Assembly (NCBI RefSeq): GCF_011745625.1
Contig: NW_027191464.1
Span: forward strand, 62,001-126,000
DNA from: Cladosporium halotolerans
Taxonomy: Eukaryota
Reading direction: 5' to 3'
DNA: 64,000 nt
Part shown: piece after piece, positions 23,807 through 35,278 of the stretch
How positions within the stretch are numbered: the stretch's first letter is position 1
Layout: each line of letters begins with the position of its first letter
Made by a program: the position numbers and the translations under genes
The notes under the pieces: generated by a model
Database searches by the model: none
What the model was told of the DNA's origin: nothing
What the model saw: only the letters and a program-made list of their open reading frames with translations

Positions 23807-26800
23807 AGTCTTGGATATGCGTTCTGAGGCGTGATTTTATGGGTTTGCATGGGTAGAGGCGCTGTGTTGTGTTTCTGCTTGATTAGCGAAATAGATGGCA
23901 TTATTCTGGTGACCAATAAATGGCATGTCACTTCCCAAGCGCAAAATGACTCTCAGGTAATATACGGCCCTCCATGTTACGAAGAGCATTAATTCGCGCA
24001 AGCTTACGAGGCAGCGAGGTAATTTTGTAATATTATCAACTGACTGATTAGACGTGGTTGAGACCCGAGTCTTGTTGCTCTGCGCCGAATTGTTGCGAAA
24101 AGAATGCTATTCCGGATGCCATACTTGATTTCACCACTGGGGACATGCGTCCGCCGCTCACACTCGAACTCAGCGAACGAGTCCTTACAGAGCAACTACT
24201 GGAGGGTTCCCCCCAAGCCCAGGCACCTCTGAGCACTGGTACATGCCAGCATATGGAGAATTCCAACCTGGACTTTGCTTAATTTTCAAGAGTCAGCCGT
24301 CCTGGAATGAAAAAGCTTGGCGTCTTCTGGTGAGGAATTCCGCGACAAGCTCTCATGCTCCAGACGAAAGACTCCGCGACGGCATGAAAACGTTGTAATG
24401 TCCATTCGAACGATGGATTGTATGCCATAAGCGAACCCGACAATCCACTTCCACGACCCGACTAAAGGCCATGTGCAAAGATTGTCTAGATTATAAAAGG
24501 CGGTATATTGCTCTGGGTCACTCGGGAATGTGTCATGATCAACGGTGTAATGATCGTACAAGGGTATTTTGGGACCCGTGGTATCATGAAGAAAGGAAAG
24601 CAGAGAGATCGCGCCGCGCAGAAGAGTTTTGAAGGAGGCCCTGCCGCGGGACGGCGCGGTGGGCTTGGCAAGATGCTAGCTTCAGATCATCCCGACACGT
24701 CTGCTTTCATCAACGCCAGGACGAGATTCCTTGACCTGTCGTCCCTTTCATCATCTATTATCGAAAGAGTGAAGCTAAAGCTCTTAGACTTCCAATGTGT
24801 TTTTGTTGAAGCTGATGACTATTCGAAACCTGCCCGATGACCATGATACGAAGCATTCCGGCATCAAATGACACGACCTTGACGCGACGAGAGTCAGAGA
24901 ATGACTTCATTACCTCTACGACGGAGTGTCGGGTCATGGATTAGACGATAATAGATGCTTCCCTTTCTCCAGCCCCGTCGTAGCCTCCAGAGGAAGCTTG
25001 AGCGTATTCGTGCAACAATTCCTAGGGCGTGAGCGCAAGCCGATGCGTCTGAGAGATATCAACGGCGCGATCACTCTTGTAAATCTCAATCCAAGACAGC
25101 GTCTCACTGAGTTAGGTGTTTGCGACGTAGTGTCCGGCGTTTTCTGGGAAGATCGCGGTATCCCAAGCGAGGAAGTTGAACGTGCGGGCAGCAGCCCGTC
25201 TGAGCAATCAGCGTGAGAAGTTCAAGTGCTGCGTCGAATTTACCAATAGATACCTACGTTACCTACGACAGCCGTTGCCTTGGCTTCACCGGAGAGGAGT
25301 TACAACCACTCTTCGGCGTGTCTTAGGCCAGTTACTTCCGGTCCTGATCTCGCCCTGAGCTACGTGCTTACATTTGGGTGCCCGTGAAGAGCTCTCAGCG
25401 CTCGCGGCTTCAACGCAACAATGAATGCGGGAAATGGTAGTTGCCATAGGGAAGTTGCGTAGATCCACGACCTTGACCGTGCCACCGCCGCCGAACGTGG
25501 CTTCTGGCTCGACTTCGCTCGCTTTGGAGAATCAGTCGATGGTGTAAGCATCGGACCAATGGACGGAGATGAGAGCCTTGGGAGAGATGTTGTTCTGCAT
25601 TAGTCCGATGCCGACATCGAAAGCCAAGCACAACACAAGCCTCCAGCTTCAAGTGTTCTCTCGAGCACCAGACGCTCTTCCATCGCCACATGTAGTTTGC
25701 AAAAGCCAAACTTTGATGAAGTTGCTTCGAAAGTCGATGCAGATCAGGTGTGGTCTTGGTACAAGTTCCGGTCTCTGGTCATCAAAGATGAATGGCGCAC
25801 CCAGAACGCATTTGAAGCGGACAAGCACCTTGACAAGCACGGGAGAAAGCTTGTGCTGAATGACAAATCAGCCTTCGAAGCATCACACGCAACAATCTTC
25901 GACATTCCCAATGACTGGGAGCTCACGCTTTTCCATCACTCTCCATGAGCTGAATGCAACTGCCGTGAGTACCTGCATTGATTCGGACCTGCCATCTCGT
26001 GGATCTACGCTCAAAGAATAAGATGGACTTGACATGCAATATCATCTCTTCAGAGCAACGATCGACCTGCAAACGAGACCTCGCTCCACATGAACTCGAG
26101 TAGGCCTCGAAAACGTTGATCTAACGAAAGAGAATATTGTGCACATCACACCCGGATTGGTTCCTGTCGAGATACCCTACTCGAAAGAAGATTCTCTTCG
26201 TTCTTGGACTGCATTGTTAATCCATAATGCGCGAGTCAGACTACGCTGAGATTACTGGACACCAATGAGTCGCAGACATCCTTGATATGGTACTCAACTC
26301 AGGCGATGAGGCTCGTTTGGACCTACGTCTTCTCCCACATCTGGTCTTGATATCAATGCCTTTCCCTTCTCGTCCCGACGTTGAGCCATATTTGCACGTG
26401 GCTCCTCCGCGAACCGGTTTCGCTACGTCAATTACAAGAAAACGCCGTACTAGTTGGAGCTTCCGGCCTTCGCTCCCGACTTTCTGCTCCGCAAACCCCA
26501 CTTTGTTCAGTCGCCGATCCGGCTCCACTTGGAGAGCCCTTGGCGAGAGCTCAAATGCCGACCTTGGCAATACGAAGGCCTACAACATCTTGACATCTCA
26601 GATAGGGCTGGTAGATCAGATCATATGGTACTGTTGAGCCGCGAGTGCCTGTAGTTGCAAGACCGCGGATTTCAACAGCCGATTAGCGGCCCTCCGCAGA
26701 ACTCCAGATTCCAGAACGTCTTCTCCAGGCTGCAACACATGGAGAGTGCAGAATTCCGACTTTTGTGGGTCGAACGTGGGCCCCGGACGACTCTGACCCT

Positions 26801-27031
26801 CTGTGATCGGCAGTCTCGAGGTAGCAACGATAATTCACAGCAGTCTGGGAGAAGGCACGGCCCTGAAAATCTCCAAAAGTGTCTCTGAACGGTGCTGCAT
26901 GATGCAATGGCAAAAGATCGGATAAACCCATCTACCAAGCTGGACTGCTCGCCGTGTGTATAAAGAGTCCACAACTGCCGATCAAGCAATGCCTCCTGCT
27001 TGCTAAATATCTTGTCAATCTTGACTTCAGT

Positions 27032-28331
27032 ATGTATAAGCAGCTCTTTGCGGCGCTAAGCCTTCCAGCCTTGGTCCTCTCGGCACCGGGTCACAGCCCT
27101 CCCAGCTACGACTCTGACGGTTGCACCAAGACCTGCATCGTCGACTCAAGCGCCAACGACACTTCCTATGCAATTGAAGATGCCTTTCATGAGTGTGGTC
27201 ATGAAACCGGCGAGAACAGGGGCAAGGTCATCTTCAAGAAAGACGAGACTTACAACGTCCGCCGTGTCATGAACACGACTGGCTTGACCAACGTTGACGT
27301 CGATATTCACGGCACTCTTCTTTGGGACACCAACATTGATTACTGGCTCAACCACTCCCTGCCCATCGGCTTCCAGAACCAATCCACTGCTTGGATCTTT
27401 GGTGGCGAGAACGTTCACTGGAACGGTTTCGGCTATGGCACTCTTGACGGCAACGGTCAGGTGTGGTACGACTTCATCAATGGCACAAACAACTACCCGG
27501 GCCGCCCGCACCAGATCTCCTTTGAAGGCATGAAGGACAGTATCATCGAGAAAACACGCTTCGTCCAGTCTCAGATGTGGACCATGACAGTGATCCATTC
27601 CGAAAATGTTCTGTTGGAAGACATGTATGTCAACAGCACCGACTCGAAGCAGGAAGTTGGCTTTCTCTTCTCTCAACACGGATGGCGCGGACGTGATCTA
27701 CTCCAACAACATCACCTTCAGGAACTGGGTTGTGGATTGTGGTGATGACAACATCTCCACCAAGGCGAACGCTACGAACATCCTCATCGAGAACCAAGAC
27801 TGGTACACCGGTCTTGGCTTCGCCATGGGCAGTATTGGTCAGTACGAGGGCGAGTTTGAGTACGTCGAGAACGTCACCGTCCGTAACGTCACTGTCCACG
27901 ACCGCATGAGATATGCCGCCTACTTCAAGACTTGGACTGGTGTCAGCCGCGGCTATCCCCCGAACGGCGGTGGCGGCGGCCTCGGCTACGCTGCCAACAT
28001 CACCATGTCGGACTTCAAGCTGGACAACACTTCTGGCATCTTCGCCATCACCCAGTGCACCAGCTACAACAGCGCCACTGGCGAGTGCAACACTAGCGAG
28101 TTCAACATCCACGACATCACCCTCGAGAACTGGTCCGGTACCTCTACCAGCAACGTCCTTGCTGAGCTGCAGTGCAGTGGTGCCAGCCCGTGCTATGGCA
28201 TCAAGTACGATAACGTGTCCGTTGAGATTCCGAGCAACAACACGATGGCTAGCCACTACCTCTGTGGAAATGTCACCAACCCTATTGGGTTTGAGTGCAC
28301 TGATGGGCTTTGGGAGGAGAACAACAGGTGA
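27032..28331 (+). pseudogene. Secreted GH28 (RgxB/exo-rhamnogalacturonase-like) interrupted by a frameshift at about 27661 (pseudogene or sequence error)
   Basis: Signal peptide MYKQLFAALSLPALVLSAP; GTLDGNGQVWY and GRP in one frame; NTDG, DD, KTW..YPPNGGGGGLG in the next frame. Confidence 0.75.
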
Positions 28332-28896
28332 AATAGTCAGATATGTAGTTCTAGAATTTGATGAAGGTGAGATGCCTTGAGCTCAAGCATCTTCACTATT
28401 GACGACAAGTGATCATTCCATCGACTTATCTATAATCTTCCGCAAGCACAGTCCCGATCGTTGTTCACCTCGATGGGGTTTGATACGTCGACCGACCTCG
28501 ATTTGAGAGCCTGAGTGTACGCAGTCTTGATGTCTCCACGGCAACATGGCCTTACCATACATCTATCGTGCATTCGAGTGTATCATCGCCGGAGCTTCCT
28601 GAAAACCTTGTCAGGCAAGAACTTGGGTTACTTGGTGGATGATCAGTACTCTGATCCCCACAACACTACTTGGAGAAGGCACCCGACTCAGATTAAAGGC
28701 TGTAGAACAACCCTCGATGTAGCTTACAATTAAGTTGTGAAGTCGTTTCGTTATCGTGCCATACGTAAAGCCCTTCAGATACGCCAGTTTGGCATCAATA
28801 CCGTTGCGACAACGCATTCGGATGAAGTGTGGCACGCGGGCCGATTAATTGTCCCTAGACGAAAAAAGAAAAGGACAGAAAACACAATGACAAAAA

Positions 28897-29015
28897 ACAT
28901 ACAACAGGCGGGATTCCCAGATGGTCACCCACTCTAGTACTAGTCGCCCGGTTCAGTGCTTATGTATGGCAGAGCGGACGGGATGCCCAGTTTTCACTGA
29001 CCTGTGGTCGTATGC
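28897..29015 (-). rRNA. Dispersed 5S rRNA gene
   Basis: Reverse complement reads GCATACGACCACAGG...CCCGTCCGCTCTGCC...AGTACTAGAGTGGGTGACCATCTGGGAATCC...TGTTGTATGT (119 nt), followed by a T-run Pol III terminator; TCATAT at about -25. Confidence 0.95.
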
Positions 29016-29241
29016 ATCTGCTGGAGGTATGCAACAAAATATGAAGTAAATATCGCAGCCCATACTGCTGCTATTGCAAATTTCAGGTGGGTAACTAAGT
29101 CTCTAAGTTACTAGGTAGGTCGTAGACCCTCAGTGTTGAGGGCACCTGACCTACTTCGAGCAAAGGGTCAATTGGCTCAACAGCTTCCTGAGCTACGTTT
29201 TAACGATGTTTGCTGTGTCCGCTCTGGTGTTTGATCACTGC

Positions 29242-30949
29242 TCAAGCAACCTCCACGCGGGAGACGTGTGCGTCCTTCGGCTTATCCCGATCATCTTCAT
29301 AATCACCATCCTCGACCACCTTTGAGGCGTAGTCAACTTCAGGCCTCACGAATCCAAAAAGTTGATCCATCTGGTCCATACGCACGCCCTTGGTCTCGTG
29401 GATGAAGAACCAAGCATAGATCGAAGCGAGGATGAGCATGCTGGCGAAGAAGATGTACACGCCGTATCCCATACCTAAATGTGTGTCAGCAAGGTCACCA
29501 TCACTTCAGAAATCGTTTGGAACGTACCCGAGAACATTGAAGGCAACGCCTTGGTCACAACAAAAGTCCAGAGCCAGACGCTCATACCAGCCCAAGGCCC
29601 GGAGATGCTGCGGAGAGTGCTGGGGAAGATCTCAGCCGAGATGATCCAGGGCAATCCATTGGCGCCGAAAGACCAGGCTGCACCGAAGACCATGATCGCT
29701 GCTGTGGCTGCACGGCCGCCTGCAATAGTACTCGCGCTCTGGGGCTCTCCCACTTGAGGACTGCCGACCGCAATGTAGCCTGCCAGGTAGTACTGACAGA
29801 CAGCGCAAGTCAGTGAAGAGACAATCCAGGGCATCTTACGGCCAAAAGTGTCAATAAAGAAGGTGAAGAAGATGACCGAGCCGCCGGCTTTGATGATACC
29901 ATAGATACCAGTCCAGAACGTAACATCGTCAAGTCCAATTGATCTGAAGATGGTCGGCGAGTAATAATTGATTGCCGCTGCGCCACTCCAGCCTTGCCAC
30001 ATGAACATAACGAACACAAGAAGGAAGCGGTTGCGCATGCCCTTCATGCAAGACTCGCGCAGTGCACCTTTGATGAACGACCCGAAAGAAGGGCGCGCAC
30101 CACCAGTCACAGCCCGCTCACCGTCGATCTGAGATTGTATGTAGGCGACGTCTTGCGCAATGTAGGTATGATCCGCTGGAAGATTTCTGTAATAGCTGAG
30201 GACGTTGTAGGCATGGTCCTCCCGTCCGCGTTTCAACAGCCACGTCGGTGACTCGCGAAGGAAGGGTATGCCAAGAGCGAGGAGACCGGCTGGGATGAGC
30301 TGCACGCCCATGGGGATGCGCCAAGCTACTGATTTACTGGCGTCAATGTTGTGCACGATACCATAGTTGATCCAGAAGCCGATAACCGCGCCAATCTGGT
30401 AGGACGATTCAAAGAAGCCGGTGCATCGTCCGCGGATAGCTGGAGGAGAGATCTCCGCAATGTATATGGGGCAAACGGCTGCAATCCCGCCCACACCAAG
30501 CCCAGTAAGAAGTCGACCAGAGTACATCAGTCCGAGTTGGTCGGTAGCTACCGTGCAAAGGACAGCGCCAATGGCAAATATGGCGTCTGAGATGATGACC
30601 GTCCATTTCCGTCCAAGCTGCTCAAGAGAGGCAAACATGAAAAGTGCACCGAAGAATCCTCCAGCAGAATCTGGTGGGAAGTGAGTTTACTGAGACGCTG
30701 CTAATGAAGGTCAGACTCACAAATGCTGGTGAGGTTGCTGTTGACGGCATCTTGCTCGGATGAACTCATCACGTCCAGCCCGAAGTCACGTTTGAAAGAA
30801 GCCTGCGTGATAGTGGTCCCAATGAAGGCGCTGTCGTAGCCGTATGCCATCACACCCATCGAAATGATGAGTGCAGAGGCATACACCTTCCAGTTGTATA
30901 CCTCTGGCGGTGTTGGCCGGTCTTCTGGCGCACGCGCAAAACCCGTCAT
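29242..30949 (-). CDS. MFS sugar-porter family transporter, quinate-permease-like
   Basis: EDRPTPPEVYNWKVY, YGYDSAFIGTTI, GRLLTGLGVG, PIYIAEISPPAIRGR, ESPTWL, AINYYSP, PWIISAEIFP, HETKG; 3 exons. Confidence 0.92.
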
Positions 30950-31646
30950 GATGTGAGAGGTTCCGAGGACCCGAACGATACAGTATAGGCAAAGAGACGA
31001 AAACGATCAGGTCTAGACGTACACTTCAGCAGCAGATAACTCGAGCTGGTCGTCGGGCTCTGCCTGGAAGACGCCGTGATCGGCCATTGGCGCTAACAGA
31101 CACGCGATAACCCATGGGGCACCGCGGGAATGACTTCAACCTTAGCATCTAGGCTTGAGGACGGACATTGACCGAGGATGTTACACAGCGTCGCAACATC
31201 GCTGCAAAGATGCACCGCCCAGTACCTACTCGAACCAGGCGCATGACTCGAGCTTCATGGGGCTCCGGACTTGGCGGGGTCGATCTCCAGACGGAGCGCA
31301 TGGCTAAACCGCGGCCGCATACAGATCCAATTGCCGATGCATTGCAGCTTCGTGATTTCGGCGACCTACGGAGATTCCTGAGAGGCCGGCCCTCCCGATA
31401 GTCCTGTTTGACGGTTCATGTCGCGATGTCGGAGACGTCGTTGAACATTTCTTGGTGGAGTATGCAGGCATACCCACAAGCAACGAGGCCGGCAGATACC
31501 ACCCGGACCTAAAGACTCACATGTAATGCTCTATTCTGCTCATTTCTAACCTGGGATTGCTCTCACAGTCAACTCACCTTGAACCGACAGGCACATCGAC
31601 GTCTCATTCGACCACTGCGCAGAAGTCTTGCCTGAACCTCGAAAAC

Positions 31647-32702
31647 ATGCCGTCGAACGAGTCTGGCATTACCACCGGCGCTGCAGCATCCGCCATGCCA
31701 TCACTTCAGGGCATTCACGTTCCCTCTTTGACTTTCTTCAGCGAATCACCTAAGCAAGAGATCGACTGGCCGACGCAAACCAAACACTTACAGTTCCTCA
31801 TTTCCTCTGGCATCCATGGCGTAGTCCTCGCAGGCACGAACGGCGAGGCCATCACACTTAGTCGATCCGAGAAAGCAGATCTGGTTCGCGCCACGAGAAA
31901 AACAGCAAACGATCTGGGCAAGAATAGCTTCCCCATTAGCCTGGGCACCAGTGGAACGAGCACCCGAGACGTGATTGACGACTGCGTTACCGCGAAGGAG
32001 GCAGGGGCCGACTTTGCGCTCGTCCTCGTACCCAGCTTTTTCCACTTTGCCATGACCAAGGATGCCATCTGCGACTTCTTCGAGGAGGTTGCTGACGCCA
32101 GCCCGGTGCCTGTTGTAATCTACAACTTCCCTGGCGTGGCTGCGGGATTGAATGTTGATTCGACAATGCTTGACCGCTTGGCAAAGCACGAGAACATCGT
32201 CGGTGTCAAGGTAGGTCAATCTGGAGAAGACCAGCATCCGCTAAACGAGAAGCTGACAAGATCGATCTAGCTCACCTGCGGTGGCATTGCGAAAGTCACT
32301 CGCCTTTCAGCGACTTACCCGACATCCAAATTCTGCGCTCTTGCTGGGCAAAGCGACTGGCTCATTCCAGCGCTCTCGGTCGGCGGGACAGGTTGCATTA
32401 CAGGAGTTGGAAATCTCTACCCTCGCTCATGTGTAGAGGTCTACAATCTGTATCTTGCAGGGAAGCTGGAGGCCGCGCAAAAGCTGCAGTACACGTTGGC
32501 GATATCGGAACTAGGATTCGGTGATGGCGGTATCAACGGGACGAAGTGGGTCGTCGGAGAGCTCCTGAACTATCCTCAGGGATCAAGAGACTGCCGGAGG
32601 CCATACCCGAAGTTTGCCAGCAAAGACAAGCAAGACTGGATCTTGCAGCAGGTAAGGGCGCTTGAGGCGGATGAAGCAAGGCTGCTCAAGCTCTCTAAAT
32701 AG
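31647..32702 (+). CDS. DHDPS/NAL-family class I aldolase (HOGA/2-keto-3-deoxy sugar-acid aldolase-like)
   Basis: GIHVPSLTFF, GTNGEA, YNFPGVAAG, NIVGVK|LTCGGIAKV (Schiff-base Lys); intron 32211-32270. Confidence 0.9.
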
Positions 32703-32886
32703 TTCCAGACAACGAAATGCCACTTGACATCGTAAGCACGCTTCTCAGATCAACCGGTCCCGGAATGACCATGGCAAGACGCCAAAAGGCGCTATTGAGG
32801 ACTGCCAGAGCTCCAGTATCAGTAGACGATGTGCGGTATTGTCCACTGGGTATCAACACCGTGTCATCTTGATCCAGACTTTGCAT

Positions 32887-33369
32887 CTATGCCTCCTTCT
32901 TCTTGATCCATACCTCCTCTCCATTGTCTCCTTCTCTTATCTCTACCTGGTACACCTGCAGCTTATACGAGCCGCGATCGCACAGTCCCGTATTCACGTC
33001 AAAAGCCCATCCGTGTCCGGGGCAAGTAATCCCCGCACTGAAGATAATGCCAAAGTCCTCGATGTCGTACAGACTACCTCGCGACAGAGGATGCGTGCGG
33101 TGCGGGCAGCTGTGGTTGATAGCGTGCAATTTGTCGCGGTAGCGGAAGACGAGAACCTGTGGCTCGAAGCCAATGGACTCTTGGGCTTCTGAGGGTGTGA
33201 GCTCGCGCGCGTCTGGTTGTGAGTCGGAGAGCTGCAGGATCTTGCACGGCGGAGGCCCGTCTGCAGGATTGGCGCTTTTGGCGATCTTCGTTTTGCGGGA
33301 GTCTTCGGGCTCGATGTTGGGGAAGGAGGCCGCCAGGCCCGCGAATGTCCAGGTGTCTACGGGCGACAT
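32887..33369 (-). CDS. Stand-alone Rieske [2Fe-2S] ferredoxin-like protein
   Basis: CPH...CPGH Rieske ligand motifs (HSCPHRTHPL; ITCPGHGWAFDVNTG). Confidence 0.85.
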   Translation of the reverse strand: MSPVDTWTFAGLAASFPNIEPEDSRKTKIAKSANPADGPPPCKILQLSDSQPDARELTPSEAQESIGFEPQVLVFRYRDKLHAINHSCPHRTHPLSRGSLYDIEDFGIIFSAGITCPGHGWAFDVNTGLCDRGSYKLQVYQVEIREGDNGEEVWIKKKEA

Positions 33370-33718
33370 GGTTGTTTGCAAACTTCCACTGCGCTATGTG
33401 GATTGCCCTCTTCTCCTTTTTTTCTCGAAAGTAATGTCGCGGAGGGCTTTACGCTGGCACCATCATGCGAGTAAGATGCTAGAGCTCGAAGGCATGTCCA
33501 CGTAGTTATCTTGAATTTCACTTCGCCGACAAATGCACCATTTGGCGTCGAGAGTCAGAAGCCAGCGTGGTGGGGCTTGCGGAACAAGTTGCCGCGAAGG
33601 AGCGACTATCGACGCTCGCTACAGCAGAATGCATAACTGAGTCACTCTCAAAAATGATACTCGTGTAATACCTGATAGATTTGGCGCAAAATCAAACTCC
33701 ATTTACATTACCAGAGCC

Positions 33719-34240
33719 ATGTCTTTCTCGTTTTACGACGCGACCATCATCGCCGCAAAGCATAATCTCGACGGGCTAAGCCACATTCTCGATGTCGCCG
33801 AACAACAGCCCAACGCGTCTACATTGCCATCTGCACGGCTTTACGAGGACATGAGACCACTGAGCTCGCAAATCCACCTAGCCGCACAAGCCATCGAAAG
33901 GATGCTGGCTCGATTCAGCGGCGAAGAGCATGTTCCAATCGAGGACAAGATACAAACTTTCGAAGACATGCGGCAGCGTATTCGGAGTGCCTATGAAGCA
34001 TTGGATCGGACTGATAGGGACACAATTAACAGGATCGGTGACGAGACTGCACCGACGGTTCTCACGCCAGAGATGACTGTCAACATGACTGGCGCCGCCT
34101 TTGCCTTGGGTGCTTCGATGCCCAACATCTTCTTCCATCTGACGATTGCGTATGCTATTCTGCGCTCGCAGGGTGTTCCTTTGGGCAAATGGGACTATAT
34201 CCAGCCGTTTATGAATTACCAGCTTGCGAAAGCCGCATAG
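33719..34240 (+). CDS. DUF1993 (DinB-like) protein
   Basis: SFYDATI, ARLYEDMRPLSSQI, PNIFFHLTIAYAILRSQGVPLGKWDY signature. Confidence 0.88.
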   Translation: MSFSFYDATIIAAKHNLDGLSHILDVAEQQPNASTLPSARLYEDMRPLSSQIHLAAQAIERMLARFSGEEHVPIEDKIQTFEDMRQRIRSAYEALDRTDRDTINRIGDETAPTVLTPEMTVNMTGAAFALGASMPNIFFHLTIAYAILRSQGVPLGKWDYIQPFMNYQLAKAA

Positions 34241-34353
34241 CCCGTGCTGGAAGAGGATACCGAGACGGAGATCTTGACTGCAGAAGCAAGACTGTATTTC
34301 TGTCCGGTTGGTTGGATCTCAAAATAGATTGAACTGCAGCAAGATCGAAGTAG

Positions 34354-34977
34354 TTATGCGCCTTTGAGCTCATATCTCGCTTTTTGCAATTCTCCTAGAT
34401 CCACAGGCGCAAGCTGCTGTCTAACGAATAGAGTGAGGCCGAATACAACTACAATAAGATGTCAGCTTTATGTAGTGTGAAGAAGTGTGAAAGAAGACCT
34501 ACGAGCTGGTAAAAATGTCCAGACCGCATCTTCCCCTCTGCCCTGCATCCATGCTCTCCCGGCAAAAATAGTCAGGATCCCAGCGATGCTGGCCCCGACC
34601 ATGACCACAATCTGCTCTCGCTGTCTCGCTGAATCTTTCGATTCATTTTGAAGACTAAAGGAAAGCAAGCCTTGCCGCTCCGATGTCAGGATCGGATGAA
34701 AATAAAGCAAGTATGCTGCGATGGCAGGCACGATAATGCTCGACACGGCAACAAGAGCTGAAGCAGCATCTCCTGAGGTGAAGAGAGAAGGCACAAAAGC
34801 GATCGAGACCACAGTCGGAAGAGCTAAGAAAAGGCGTTGATAGAGTTTGTTCGTAGCCTCGTCCTCAGCTTTCAGGCTGGAGAGGAGCTCTTCCTGATGT
34901 TCTTCGTCAAGATCTGGTGGATCGTCGGTGTCTGAAGGGTATTTGAATGTGCGACGTAGACGGGCTGTATCCATCAT
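34354..34977 (-). CDS. Conserved fungal membrane protein (about 4 TM)
   Basis: RLRRTFKYP...DEEHQEEL N-terminus and hydrophobic helices; intron 34502-34449 gives the C-terminus VDLGELQKARYELKGA*. Confidence 0.75.
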
Positions 34978-35278
34978 GGCTCTCCCTGTCGCGTCTTAAG
35001 CTTCAGTATCCATGCGTATTTGATCGTTGGGAGCGAGTCGATGCGTTGTTGTTCACATTATTGTAGGTTGTCGCCTGGCGCTAAGCGAGCGACAGAAGTC
35101 GTGGCCAAGGCCAACGGTTTTGCACTCCCTCGACTCAGCGCGACAGGCGCGCACCGTGACCGCGAGCCAACGCCACTTCGGAAAGCATCAAAATCACCAT
35201 CGAATCCATCTTCGAACTTTCTCAAGGATCTTGGAAGCGCCGACCCGCGCAATTTTTTCTTGACCCGAGCTTTTGGGA

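Noticed and set aside
31557..31646. TTG-initiated extension of the aldolase
   Set aside because: No targeting-signal features and poor context.
8617..32702. AGX1 and the HOGA-like aldolase as a glyoxylate cluster
   Set aside because: 22 kb apart with many unrelated genes between them; aldolase substrate unknown.
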